DNA from: an uncultured Prolixibacteraceae bacterium | Lineage (GTDB): Bacteria; Bacteroidota; Bacteroidia; Bacteroidales; FEN-979 | DNA length: 64,000 bases | Assembly: GCA_964473485.1 (NCBI GenBank) | Contig: CAYYPH010000001.1 | Coordinates: 65,722-129,721 of the forward strand | Direction: 5' to 3' | Shown: positions 28,001-37,394 of the stretch, one piece after another | How positions within the stretch are numbered: the stretch's first letter is position 1 | Layout: each line of letters starts with the position of its first letter | Program-made: the position numbers and the translations under genes | The notes under the pieces: model-generated | The model's input: the letters and a program-made list of their open reading frames with translations, nothing else | Database searches by the model: none | What the model was told of the DNA's origin: nothing

Positions 28001-28372
28001 GTTTGTAAGAACAACCGATGCCCGGTAATAAACGGTTGTCATAGGACCGGCGTAAAAGGCGCCGGCCGTGAGCGAAGTAATGGTCGACTGTGCCAGTTTA
28101 ATGGTAAGGTCGGTGTACGTTGCCGGTCCGAGCGCTGTGTTCATGAAGACGGCGACACTGATGATATTCCCGGCAGGAGCGGCGGATGGCTGATTGAACT
28201 CACCTGCGAGGTATATCATCTGGACATCTTTTCCCGCTCCGACATTGAATGGGAAATTGTTGGTTCCGTTTCCGGCCCCGGTGAAATTGTAGTACTGTGG
28301 TTGACCTGTTACCAGGCTGGTTAATCCTATCACTGCCAATAGGACCGCGACAACAAAGCGTAAAGTTTTCAT
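25079..28372 (-). CDS. large T9SS-secreted repeat protein (3 Fn3-like plus 6 PKD-like Cys-containing repeats, C-terminal sorting domain)
   Basis: 1097 aa with a signal peptide. Three ~95-aa repeats (ATLNGTVNAN...YGLTT.YG...Y.YR). Six ~85-aa repeats (C...GYTW.VP.GA.I..G.GT..ITV...CGNG). The C-terminus (FPVPNDGRFTVSL...GVYTIVFTSEDLKFMKKIVVNR) is typical of T9SS type A CTDs. Confidence 0.8.
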   Translation of the reverse strand: MKTLRFVVAVLLAVIGLTSLVTGQPQYYNFTGAGNGTNNFPFNVGAGKDVQMIYLAGEFNQPSAAPAGNIISVAVFMNTALGPATYTDLTIKLAQSTITSLTAGAFYAGPMTTVYYRASVVLTNPASSWITFVLDSPFPYDPTQSLIVDIGQCGGTGTLGGGCAYTNQTGVRRVWSVGGCPFVPYNGSSVYNYNFGINIAANLPVVVTNAATAITSTSATLNGTVNANTSSTAVSFEYGLTTAYGSTIAGVPATVTGNTVTPVTGALTGLLPNTTYHYRIKGVNANGTSNGNDMTFTTSFPPPAVVTTAATGIGLNGATLNGTVNANGASSAVIFEYGLTTSYGSTIAAVPPTVTGTTVTPVSAAVSGLLPGTLYHYRVVATNSGGAGNGNDMTFTTGGPPTVVTNPASNITATTAQLNGMVTANNVITTVSFEWGLTTAYGNVVPAVPGTVNGTTPTAVQAGITGLTTGTTYHFRCVGVNAGGTINGADQFFLAGCPPVGPAGPVTGPASVCAQSTGKIYSVAPITNATGYTWTVPAGATITAGAGTTTITVTFGTTAGNVSVFGTGPCGNGPASNLAVAVNPLPVPVIAGPATACQGSATNVYTTQTGMTGYTWSVSAGGSIPAGAGTANVTVKWNTAGNQSVSVTYTNANGCAAATPAIYPVIVNTSPVPTITGATTLCVNSGYNAYSTEPNLSGYTWTVSPGGSIFSGGGTNQILVSWSQAGSQFVTVNYTGPNGCQAGTPTQLNVTINPLPGNAGAVTGSATVCAGAQGVAYSTTPIANATSYIWNLPSGASIATGDGTANITVNFATDAASGSITVAGNNLCGNGAPSAGFAVTVNPLPAAAGTISGNPLACLGSTGNVFTTATIANATGYTWSVPAGATITYGQNTNAITVSFSASAVSGNITVKGTNACGNGAVSPDFPVTVSPVPPKPSIIANGPVMTSSAFSGNQWYFSVTPDGTGAPISGAIWPYYLATQSGYYWIIVTESGCSSLPSEKVQVIMTGSAELPGVDCQVFPVPNDGRFTVSLTTASQTKIGIGVYNQLGLKILDQADIEVNGRLEKQIDLRPVAPGVYTIVFTSEDLKFMKKIVVNR
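25597..27757 (-). repeat. intragenic tandem domain repeats (DNA-level similarity between units)
   Basis: Approximate span of the 3+6 repeat modules, derived from the protein coordinates. Boundaries are accurate to about +/-30 nt. Confidence 0.6.
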
Positions 28373-28790
28373 GGGTTTTGGTTTTTGGTGAATGAGGAAT
28401 TCCGGTGATGAAGCAATGAATTTTTTACCAACATGCTAATATATTGAAAATATCCAAATACCTTGTTGAATTGGATATATTTTTTTTCCGGGATACGTTA
28501 GCGGTGATTCAGGATATCAATTTCAGTGATTCAATACATCAGTTTCAAATCTACTTTAGTAGGATTAATAATCAACATCCCTTTAGAGGCATGATTCATA
28601 AGCATTTCTGTTTGAAGAAAATGCTATGAAACCGATGCCCACATTACTTAAAGAATGAAATTTGTTTCCCCCGATCCGTTTTGGTGCTATTCGTTGACAA
28701 TGCTTGCCCGAACCAACCGCAAACCTTATCTTTACGCCCCGAAGACAGTTGGAGCCTGAAGGGTAACCGCACAAAATTCAGAATAGAATC

Positions 28791-30272
28791 ATGGTTGATC
28801 CGGCACGAATACATAAATACAATTCCATCCACCCGACAGCAGGTCCGGTGGTTTACTGGATGCAGCGAGACCAACGGGTGGACGACAACTGGGCGCTGAT
28901 CTATGCGCAGGAGCAGGCGGTCGCCGTGAACCAGCCTTTGTTGGTTGTTTTTTGCCTTGCGCCGGGCTTCCTCGGTGCCACGATCAGGCAGTATGGCTTT
29001 ATGCTGAAAGGACTCGCTGAAGTCGAAAAACGCATGAGAATGCTGGGCCTCCCGTTTATTCTCCTGAGGGGATACCCGGTGGAAACACTTCCGGTTTTCC
29101 TGCATGTAACCACGGCGGGGATGCTCGTCACCGATTTCAATCCTGTGAAGCCTGTGATGCAATGGAAGGAGCAACTGACACGGGTGGTTAAAGTTGCTTT
29201 TCATGAGGCGGACGCCCACAATATCGTCCCTTGCCGCTATATCTCTGCGAAGCAGGAGTATGCCGCGTTTACTTTGCGGAAAAAGTTTTCACATCACCTT
29301 GACAGGTTCCTGACGGAATTTCCCGGACTTTTACCACAACCAGGTTTTAGGTGGAATACACCCTACACGGACATTGAATGGTATAAGGCCATACTATGGC
29401 CAAAAAACGTTGTTGGTCCTGACAGGAGTATCCCTGTGGCTGAATGGCTCGATGTGGTGCAAGCAGAACAAGGCGTGGAGACCCGGATCGGCGACACCAA
29501 GCGCAATGACTGGCTAGAGATTACCGAATGGCTGAAAGTCGACAGCTCGGTGGCAGAGGTTGATTGGCTGGCGCCGGGAGAAGAAGCAGCGCGGAACGGG
29601 CTTAGAAATTTTGTTGAATGTAGGCTGGATCATTACGCCACCGATCGTAATTTCCCCGACAAACCGGGCCAGTCCGACCTGTCGCCCTGGCTGCATTTCG
29701 GTCATATTTCGGCCCAACGGGTTGCCCTGGAGGTAAGGAATTCAGCTGCGGATGCCGCATCCGTCGGCGCATACCTCGAGGAGCTTATCGTAAGGCGCGA
29801 ACTGGCTGATAATTTCTGTCTCCATACCGAAAACTACGACTCGTTTGTGGCATTTCAGCCTTGGGCCCAGGCCACGTTGAATAAACACAGGAACGATCGC
29901 CGCGACTTTCTTTATACCGTTGAACAGTTTGAGAACGGCGAAACCCACGATGACCTTTGGAATGCGGCCCAGCGCGAAATGATCGTTAAGGGCAAGATGC
30001 ACGGCTTCATGCGCATGTACTGGGCCAAGAAGATCCTGGAGTGGACTGCATCGCCCGAGGAGGCGATGGCGATTGCCATCTACCTGAACGACAAATATGA
30101 ACTCGACGGCAGGGATCCTAACGGATATGCAGGGATTGCATGGGCCATCGGGGGCACGCACGACCGCCCGTGGGGCGAACGTCCGGTGTTCGGCATGATC
30201 CGGTTCATGAACTACCAGGGATGTAAAAGGAAATTCAATGTTGACGCCTATATAAAGGGAAACCTTCGATAG
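28791..30272 (+). CDS. deoxyribodipyrimidine photolyase (class II CPD photolyase-like)
   Basis: 493 aa: GPVVYWMQRDQRVDDNWALIYAQ at the N-terminus, and a FAD-binding C-terminal region (MHGFMRMYWAKKILEW, GYAGIAWAIGG.HDRPW). Confidence 0.85.
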   Translation: MVDPARIHKYNSIHPTAGPVVYWMQRDQRVDDNWALIYAQEQAVAVNQPLLVVFCLAPGFLGATIRQYGFMLKGLAEVEKRMRMLGLPFILLRGYPVETLPVFLHVTTAGMLVTDFNPVKPVMQWKEQLTRVVKVAFHEADAHNIVPCRYISAKQEYAAFTLRKKFSHHLDRFLTEFPGLLPQPGFRWNTPYTDIEWYKAILWPKNVVGPDRSIPVAEWLDVVQAEQGVETRIGDTKRNDWLEITEWLKVDSSVAEVDWLAPGEEAARNGLRNFVECRLDHYATDRNFPDKPGQSDLSPWLHFGHISAQRVALEVRNSAADAASVGAYLEELIVRRELADNFCLHTENYDSFVAFQPWAQATLNKHRNDRRDFLYTVEQFENGETHDDLWNAAQREMIVKGKMHGFMRMYWAKKILEWTASPEEAMAIAIYLNDKYELDGRDPNGYAGIAWAIGGTHDRPWGERPVFGMIRFMNYQGCKRKFNVDAYIKGNLR

Positions 30273-30612
30273 GAACGAATAATTCCGCTTTTATTTGTTG
30301 ATTTCAGCGTTTTACGCTGTATATTTGTTCCTGTGGAAAAACGCACACCCTGACCAATCTTCATCCTCGTATTCCCTCATCGTCCTCTTGAAAATTTTTG
30401 TTTGAAGATTGGAGTCCCCAAACCCGGCTTTCCCACCTGGTCTCACTGCCATGAAGGATATCCTGCATTCCCGGGCTTTTTTATATTTTGATTCCAGCAG
30501 CAACATTGTCCTGAACCATTATTTCCGTGTCGTGTTCCGAGCATGAACAGCGGGCGGAATTGATTAGTATAACCCTCACAGGATTTAAAAGCCAGTAAAA
30601 CCAGAAACAGTT

Positions 30613-31482
30613 ATGAAACAGCTTTCCCTTGTGCTCATCCTCTTGTTTGTGATCACCCTCCTGCATGCACAGGAACAGAAAACGCAGCCCAGACCAAAAA
30701 AATTCCATGCCGGCCTGGCATATGCTTTCACCGGTGCGGATCTTACACTGACCTGCATGACCCATGAATCCAGGATCGGAGACATGGCGCTGGACCCTTT
30801 CACCTTGACTGACGAAGACATTGACGATCTTAATTCGTTCATGACCTGGAATGAAAAGACACAAAGCCTGGGTGTCGTTTTTGGCATGTTCCTCCTGAAC
30901 AAACCGGATCATAAATGGCGGCTGGATGCAAACATTTTCTTCGGTTTATCAGGCATGAAATACCAGGTCAGGGATACCCGCAACGACACCCTTTACCTAA
31001 CCTCAACTTCTTCATTAAAGAAACCAACCGCCGGATTGGAATTCCAGGTCAGTTACGCCCTCGACAAACACTGGAGCCTCGTGCTGGAGCCTTATTTCAT
31101 CTATTCCTGGGGAAAACTGACCTCGATCGATGATAAACTCAATGCGAAGCTGGATAATTTCACAGAATCAAGGCAACATAATTTCCAATATTTCTATTCC
31201 AGAATGAATGTAATGGCCACCTACCATTTCAAAAGCGTTGCCATTTCTGCGGGTCCCGGTGTTTATTTTCTTTATTTCTGCAACAAGTACACTATTACAC
31301 GGACGAATCGGTCAACAGGTTCTGTTACCGAAGATATGACTGAATCGAGGCTGCACTCCAAATTTCCCGTAGACGGTGTCGTCGATGTGACATGGAGATT
31401 CATTGATCCGCTTACTTTCCGCGTCCAGTGCGCTTTCGGATCCGATTTCCTGGTTCAGCCGGGTTTGTATTTCAACTTTTAA
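30613..31482 (+). CDS. hypothetical outer-membrane beta-barrel protein
   Basis: Signal peptide (LVLILLFVITLLHAQ), alternating beta-strand pattern, and a C-terminal ..GLYFNF aromatic terminus. Confidence 0.5.
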   Translation: MKQLSLVLILLFVITLLHAQEQKTQPRPKKFHAGLAYAFTGADLTLTCMTHESRIGDMALDPFTLTDEDIDDLNSFMTWNEKTQSLGVVFGMFLLNKPDHKWRLDANIFFGLSGMKYQVRDTRNDTLYLTSTSSLKKPTAGLEFQVSYALDKHWSLVLEPYFIYSWGKLTSIDDKLNAKLDNFTESRQHNFQYFYSRMNVMATYHFKSVAISAGPGVYFLYFCNKYTITRTNRSTGSVTEDMTESRLHSKFPVDGVVDVTWRFIDPLTFRVQCAFGSDFLVQPGLYFNF

Positions 31483-31507
31483 TTCACTTTAATTAATCCT
31501 GATTGCC

Positions 31508-34390
31508 ATGAAAAAATCAGCCATGATATGCTTTTTTGCCATTCCCCTGCTGATCCATGCCCAGGTCAACATCACGTACGATGCATTCTGGCAGGACAAG
31601 AGTTTCGACTGGATCGCCAACGGGATAGCTTTCAACACCTTCCAGGGGAACATGTACGGGGTGGCTTACCGCAAGTACACGATCAATGCTGTTCTTCCCA
31701 AGCAGGTTGCGGGCTATCCAACGGTATACATGAAGAACGTTAAGACCGGAAATATGGATCCGTACCCTTTCGGGAGTTATAACAGCAGTACGTTTGCTTT
31801 CGGTTACCACGGCGAGTCGACGGCCACTGATGCTCCCCAGATCCTGGGCAATGTCATGTTTTTCCAGTTTAACGGCCGGCTGTGGTATTTCCAGCAGACC
31901 AACCCGAAATTGTACACTGCGACGGGGCCCCGCATTACCGATAATTACGAGTGTTTCCAGCAAATGCCCCTCGATGCGGCTTCCGACGGTTTCAGGTTCT
32001 ACCTTCATTTCACCGATTGGCCCGATGTGGTTAAAAAGGGAGCCTTCCAGGCTGATTCAAACACCCTGATCTTTATAGGCCATAACGAAAACACCCAAAG
32101 TCAGTATTACAATCGCTGGTACCTGTGGGTTTACAGCTTTGATCCTGCAACCTCCCGCTTTTCACGGGGCAACAGCTACCTGCTCGAAGGAGCCATGGGA
32201 ACAAAATTCGGTGGGGTGGTCAAGCACCGGGAGAAATCAGGCGATGCCTGGTATGTCTTCAGCACCAGCAACCCGGATGCCTACATCGGTTACCTGACCC
32301 GCAACCCGAATCCCGGCATTCCTTTTCTCTACCGCAGGGAAACAAACATCCCGGCCCTGCCGAATTACGGAACCACCCTTGTCATGGCCGGAAGCATCGA
32401 GGGGGGCAGGAAAAACACCCAGGTTGGATCCCCCCAGAACAGTTGCCGGTTAGCAGAGTTTGCCATATCCAATGTCAAATCCAGCGACGGGAATTACCAC
32501 CTGTCGTACCGGGACTTTTATGTCAAATCAGGCACCGTTTACCTCGCCACCCAGGGGGATGTCGTCCTGCCCACCGCATCCTATCCCCGCCAGGTGGGCG
32601 GGGATTTCTTTTTGCAGGGAGCATACAGCCTGTATCCCTCTTCCTACATGAGCCAGGCTCAGGCGTACGACGGATTGTACCAGGTTCTTTGGGTCTATTA
32701 TCCCGATAAAAACCAGGTCCTCAACGGAATCGGGTTCACTTCCGACATTTGGAGGCCTGTGAAAGGATCCGTCATTGAAAACGCCGACCTGATGAACGAC
32801 ACGCTGTACCCGGGAATCCGAAACCTGTGGTCGCTGGTAGGCATTGTCGACGGGGCTCCTCCCTGTTCGGTCGACTGGCCTTTATGGGTGAACTCCCACT
32901 CAGCCGAGACAGAACCCACGGAACTGAATTTTACCACCGAACAGGAGTCGGAGACCGAAATATCCAATTCGTATGAAGATAAATACACATTCGGTGAAGA
33001 GATCAACCTGGGACATTCGGGAGAGGCATTCGGAGCCTCCATGAACGAGGAGTTTTCATATTCGAGCTCTTTTAAGAACCTGGTATCATCCGGTACCACC
33101 TATACGACAAGCTACACCAACACCTTCGGTCTCGATGAGGAATTCCAGGAGAATGGTTTCTACATCTGGTCGGTCCCTAACATCAAGCGGTTCGTCTATA
33201 TGAAATATGCCTGGTGGGATAATCAATTTATCTATCCCGACTCCTCGACGCTTCAGTTCCTTTTCCGGGTCTATGGCACATCGGTTATAGCGGAAAAGAG
33301 AAAGTTGTCAGGTTTTCCCTTTTATGTTGAGAACCCGAACGCTCCGGACCTGGCAGACTGGACGGCACATAAACGCACTGCCATTTCTTCAAGTGTGAAC
33401 AGTTTGGGGTTGAACCCGATCCTGAACCTTTCCTGGACGGATGGCTCCCACGGATCGAAAGGAACCTATGCCATTTCGGGGGATTCCGTGTCGACCTATG
33501 AGTCCGGAACTTCGTATGAGGCGAAGATCGGTGTCACGGCCAAAATTCCCGAGATCTTCAAGGCCAATATCAGTGCCGGGAAGGAGGTGACCTATACCAA
33601 CGAAACCAGCGTGAAGACAAAATTCGGCCAGGAGATCGAGGCATCGCTCAGCAACCTGACCGCCAAATCCAAGGGGCTTAACATCGAGGAGCTGAATATC
33701 AGTACCTTCTGGTTCAGGCATGAAGATGGTGTAAAATGGTGGTTTTACGACAGCCTGGGCGACCAGCGTCCATGGTACATTGCATACATTGTCGACAACG
33801 TGGAAAAGGGAACGATCATCCCGTTGGCACCGTTCGACGGGCAGGAATTGAAATCTTCCGAGATGCTCTTTGCCTGGGAGGCGAAAGGATGCGAGCCGGA
33901 ACAGTATACTTTTTATATCACGAACATCGGTCGTGTAACCCCGTCGGCAGTCGTTTACCGGCAATCGACCGGGAAATCAGCAACAATCAGTGTCAGCGAC
34001 TTCCAGCCAGAGCCGGGCAGAACCTATTACTGGACTGTCAGGGGAACCACCGGGGAACATAGCATGTGGTCCCGTCCCCGGGCGTTTACGGTGCCGGCAA
34101 AGGATACCGCGACAACGGCGGGGGCTGGGCTGAAGGCGATCGTCTATCCGAACCCCGGGACCGGCGAAGACATCCATGTGTTACTGACCTCCCCGGTATC
34201 GGGTAGCGTCCTGCTCTCCCTGTATGAGATCTCCGGCAAACTGCTTTACCGCAAGGATGCCGGTTCCGATCCGGGTTTTCCGGCCAGCTTTACGATTCCC
34301 GCAGGCGGACTTCGGTCAGGAATCTATATTGTCGATATTCGTGCGGACAGCGGCTCATTACTGAAAAAACTGGTCATCCAAAGCGAATAA
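31508..34390 (+). CDS. large T9SS-secreted protein of unknown function
   Basis: 960 aa with a signal peptide. The central region is Ser/Thr-rich and beta-rich. An Fn3-like module precedes a T9SS CTD (IVYPNPGTGEDIHVLL...GIYIVDIRADSGSLLKKLVIQSE). Confidence 0.7.
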   Translation: MKKSAMICFFAIPLLIHAQVNITYDAFWQDKSFDWIANGIAFNTFQGNMYGVAYRKYTINAVLPKQVAGYPTVYMKNVKTGNMDPYPFGSYNSSTFAFGYHGESTATDAPQILGNVMFFQFNGRLWYFQQTNPKLYTATGPRITDNYECFQQMPLDAASDGFRFYLHFTDWPDVVKKGAFQADSNTLIFIGHNENTQSQYYNRWYLWVYSFDPATSRFSRGNSYLLEGAMGTKFGGVVKHREKSGDAWYVFSTSNPDAYIGYLTRNPNPGIPFLYRRETNIPALPNYGTTLVMAGSIEGGRKNTQVGSPQNSCRLAEFAISNVKSSDGNYHLSYRDFYVKSGTVYLATQGDVVLPTASYPRQVGGDFFLQGAYSLYPSSYMSQAQAYDGLYQVLWVYYPDKNQVLNGIGFTSDIWRPVKGSVIENADLMNDTLYPGIRNLWSLVGIVDGAPPCSVDWPLWVNSHSAETEPTELNFTTEQESETEISNSYEDKYTFGEEINLGHSGEAFGASMNEEFSYSSSFKNLVSSGTTYTTSYTNTFGLDEEFQENGFYIWSVPNIKRFVYMKYAWWDNQFIYPDSSTLQFLFRVYGTSVIAEKRKLSGFPFYVENPNAPDLADWTAHKRTAISSSVNSLGLNPILNLSWTDGSHGSKGTYAISGDSVSTYESGTSYEAKIGVTAKIPEIFKANISAGKEVTYTNETSVKTKFGQEIEASLSNLTAKSKGLNIEELNISTFWFRHEDGVKWWFYDSLGDQRPWYIAYIVDNVEKGTIIPLAPFDGQELKSSEMLFAWEAKGCEPEQYTFYITNIGRVTPSAVVYRQSTGKSATISVSDFQPEPGRTYYWTVRGTTGEHSMWSRPRAFTVPAKDTATTAGAGLKAIVYPNPGTGEDIHVLLTSPVSGSVLLSLYEISGKLLYRKDAGSDPGFPASFTIPAGGLRSGIYIVDIRADSGSLLKKLVIQSE

Positions 34391-34519
34391 TGCCGAAGCT
34401 CCGGTTAGCAGGCTGAAAAGGGTCGGTCAACCAGCGGCGATCCGCTGAGTTTACCAATAATTGTTACTTTTGTTGCAATCTTATGCATTGTAAAATCATT
34501 TAGATTGATTGAATCGCTT

Positions 34520-35086
34520 ATGCCAGAAAACAATTCCTGCGAATGGCCCTCCAACGATCCGCTGATGATCCGGTACCACGACGAAGAGTGGGGAGTGCCG
34601 CTGCACGACGATCAGAAACTTTTTGAATTCATGGTCCTGGATGCGTTCCAGGCGGGACTGAGCTGGAGGACCGTCCTGCACAAACGGGAGAACTTCCGCA
34701 AGGCCTTCAACCGGTTCGATTTCCGTAAAGTGGCAAAATACGGCGAAAAGGAGATCGAAAGGCTGATGAACGACGCGGGGATCATCCGGAACAAGGCCAA
34801 GATCCTGGCCACGGTCACCAATGCACGGTGTTTCATGGAGGTACAGCAGGAATTCGGAACCTTCGACCGCTACATATGGCAGTTTACCGGGGGTACGACG
34901 ATCGACAACAAACTCAAAAGCCTGAAAGAGATGCCGGTGTCATCTCCCGAATCGGATGCCATGAGCAAAGACCTGAAGAAGCGCGGGTTCAAATTCGTCG
35001 GCACCACCATCTGCTACGCCTTTATGCAGGCCGCCGGGATGGTCAATGACCACCTGGTGGGGTGTGAGAGGCACCATAAAAAATGA
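34520..35086 (+). CDS. tag: DNA-3-methyladenine glycosylase I
   Basis: CEWPSNDPLMIRYHDEEWGVPLHDDQKLFEFMVLDAFQAGLSWRTVL is the Tag family signature. The first ATG is at 34520. Confidence 0.85.
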   Translation: MPENNSCEWPSNDPLMIRYHDEEWGVPLHDDQKLFEFMVLDAFQAGLSWRTVLHKRENFRKAFNRFDFRKVAKYGEKEIERLMNDAGIIRNKAKILATVTNARCFMEVQQEFGTFDRYIWQFTGGTTIDNKLKSLKEMPVSSPESDAMSKDLKKRGFKFVGTTICYAFMQAAGMVNDHLVGCERHHKK

Positions 35087-35219
<133 letters not shown>

Positions 35220-36104
35220 CTAATAAAACAGCGTGAACATCCTGCTGATGTTGAACCCCAGGAAGATGTCGCCGTTCGACCATTTGCCGCGGGTTTCGGT
35301 CAGGAAGGTCTCTTCGTAAAGTCCCCAGGAATTGGTGAGAAAAATCTGGAACACGTGTCCGCCGGTCTCAATATCGACACCCAGGGAGAAGGAACTGTAG
35401 GCATCCGTTGAGACCACCTGTCCGGGAAAGAGGTAGTGGTATTCGGCATTGATTGACACCCGTTGGCTAACCTTCACGCGGCCTCCGGCTCCCAGGGTGA
35501 AAATGTCGTTTTTATCTTCAGCTGTGGCTACCAAATTCTTATGTACCAGCGAAGGGGTGATCTGCAAGGAGACTGCATTGCCGAATTTTCTCGCGATCAG
35601 CAACTGGAATGCGTAACTCATCCGCGAAGAGACCAGGTTGTCGCGGTCGGGTTCTTCCCATTTGGTCGTATAAATGGCAGTGTTGGCGAAAACTCCAAGG
35701 GTCAGCGGCATTTTTCGGGCCCCAGTGCTCTGACGGAGGATCTTCGCCTTCACGAAGCCATCCCAGGTGTTCTTGTCGGTGTTCAGTCCGGCCCCGATGC
35801 CAAGCCAGGGGGTTATGCCATATTCCAGCCCCAGGCGTATCGTAGCCTGTTTAAGCCCGTAAAGGTTTTCATAACCCGTGTTGATGGCGCCGAAGTGATG
35901 GGAGATGAGGAACAGCAGGTTCTTGGCCGGGGGAAGCTCAATCGATTGCCCGATCACGATCCGCGTGGTCTTGAAGGTGGCGGCCGTGTAATCGATAACA
36001 GGCTCCTCCGTTTTTTCCAGCATGTTCATCAGATCTTCCTGGGCATTCAGCGAAACCCCGATTAGCAGGCAAAGTGCGATGGTGATGTTTCTCATGTTAC
36101 GCAT
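35220..36104 (-). CDS. outer-membrane beta-barrel protein (DUF5777-like)
   Basis: Signal peptide (ITIALCLLIGVSLNAQ), LFLISHHFG motif, C-terminal ..NISRMFTLFY. The family name is from memory. Confidence 0.55.
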   Translation of the reverse strand: MRNMRNITIALCLLIGVSLNAQEDLMNMLEKTEEPVIDYTAATFKTTRIVIGQSIELPPAKNLLFLISHHFGAINTGYENLYGLKQATIRLGLEYGITPWLGIGAGLNTDKNTWDGFVKAKILRQSTGARKMPLTLGVFANTAIYTTKWEEPDRDNLVSSRMSYAFQLLIARKFGNAVSLQITPSLVHKNLVATAEDKNDIFTLGAGGRVKVSQRVSINAEYHYLFPGQVVSTDAYSSFSLGVDIETGGHVFQIFLTNSWGLYEETFLTETRGKWSNGDIFLGFNISRMFTLFY

Positions 36105-36244
36105 AACTTGATATGTAAATATTTCAAATCCTATGGCAATTATTTGAATTTAATACCGGTTAAGGTTCCAATCATTGTATTTTGTCTATCCCTGGCCTTT
36201 TCATGGAAAAGGAGGGCTTTATTGCCAGACATCCTTCAGGAACT

Positions 36245-36796
36245 TCAGAAGTTGGCCTTGTCGAGTGTGGTTTCGACCGTTATATCGATGTTCTTCGAGA
36301 TGTTGTTGATCACCGCACCCGGGATGTCGATCTTGTAGTCGGGGAGTAGAATGGTGAACTTCGCTTTGGCTAATACCCTGTCTTTGGTTACCGTGAATGT
36401 TCCTTTGACGCTGACGGTTTTGGTCACTCCACGGATCGTCAGTTTCCCGTCGACCGTAACAGGATATTCTCCGTCCTTATCGGTCTTCACATCCTTGATA
36501 TTCGTGACTTTCCCTAGGAAGGTAGCGTTCGGGAATTTATCAGACTCCACGTAATTCTCGTTGAAGTGCTCCTGCATGAGCGCTTTTTCAAAAGAGAACG
36601 ACTTCATCAGAACCCGGAAGACAAAGTCGCCCGTTGTCGCATCCAGCGCGGCATTGACGCTGCGGTTATGCGCTTCGATTTTTTCGAGCGGCGCATCCGA
36701 AAAAAAACGGATATACCCTGTCTTTGTAATGTATTTCTGCCCGGCGGCCGAAACCGCGAACAATACCGTCGTGAGGGCTATGAGAATGGTCTTCAT
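36245..36796 (-). CDS. YceI-family periplasmic protein
   Basis: 183 aa with a signal peptide. YceI-like GYIRFFSDAPLEKIEAHN...GKLTIRGVTK pattern. Confidence 0.8.
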   Translation of the reverse strand: MKTILIALTTVLFAVSAAGQKYITKTGYIRFFSDAPLEKIEAHNRSVNAALDATTGDFVFRVLMKSFSFEKALMQEHFNENYVESDKFPNATFLGKVTNIKDVKTDKDGEYPVTVDGKLTIRGVTKTVSVKGTFTVTKDRVLAKAKFTILLPDYKIDIPGAVINNISKNIDITVETTLDKANF

Positions 36797-36942
36797 ATTA
36801 TGAATGATTGAATGAATGAATGATTGATTGAGTGAATGAGTGAATGAGTGAATGAGTGAATTTTCACCCTAATGCCTATTGCCTAATGCCTATTGCCTGA
36901 TTTTGAATTTTGACATTTGAATTTTGAAATTTGAATTAATTG
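36797..36942. repeat. composite low-complexity tandem repeats, related to 35087-35219, plus the TTGAATTTTGACATTTGAATTTTGAA motif
   Basis: tgaatgattgaatgaatgaatgattgattgagtgaatgagtgaatgagtgaatgagtgaa..ccctaatgcctattgcctaatgcctattgcct..ttgaattttgacatttgaattttgaa. Confidence 0.9.
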
Positions 36943-37383
36943 TTAATCCCCGCCAACCACCGACCCCTGCTCCAGGACCACATCCGTTTCATTGTATCCC
37001 GTGCAATATCCCTTGACTGTAACCTCCGTGCCGGGCGACAGTCCAAGCGCTTTCTCCCGGCTTCCGGAAAGTATATTGACACGTATCCCTTCATCGCCAA
37101 ACATTCCCTGGCCAAACACGAACACCACAGTAACGATCGAGTCGGTTTGTTCGACAGCGCTTACCGGCCCAGTCAGCCCGAGCATTTTACCGTTGAAGAT
37201 CCGCGCTGCCGCATCCGGGTTGTTTTTAAAACTCCGGTAAACCGCCCCGGCGCTGAGTTGGTAAGCTGCCCGTTCCTTTTCGAAATCGGGATGCTGTTTG
37301 TTATAGACGAAAAAGTACACGTATGCTCCCGCAAGGATGGCTACGATAACCAAACCAAGCCCTATTCTGATCCAGGTTTTCAT
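36943..37383 (-). CDS. membrane-anchored OB-fold protein (tRNA_anti-like family)
   Basis: 146 aa with an N-terminal TM, then ..AGAVYRSFKNNPDAAARIFNGKMLGLTGPVSAVE..VTVKGYCTGYNE.. as in tRNA_anti-like OB-fold lipoproteins. Confidence 0.55.
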   Translation of the reverse strand: MKTWIRIGLGLVIVAILAGAYVYFFVYNKQHPDFEKERAAYQLSAGAVYRSFKNNPDAAARIFNGKMLGLTGPVSAVEQTDSIVTVVFVFGQGMFGDEGIRVNILSGSREKALGLSPGTEVTVKGYCTGYNETDVVLEQGSVVGGD

Positions 37384-37394
37384 CAGTATTTACT

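Noticed and set aside
28450-28479. Inverted repeat ATATCCAA-N12-TTGGATAT in the divergent region between the T9SS repeat-protein gene and the photolyase gene, as a regulator binding site.
   Set aside because: It is a short palindrome in AT-rich DNA with no second copy or associated regulator gene, so the support is too weak to list as a feature.
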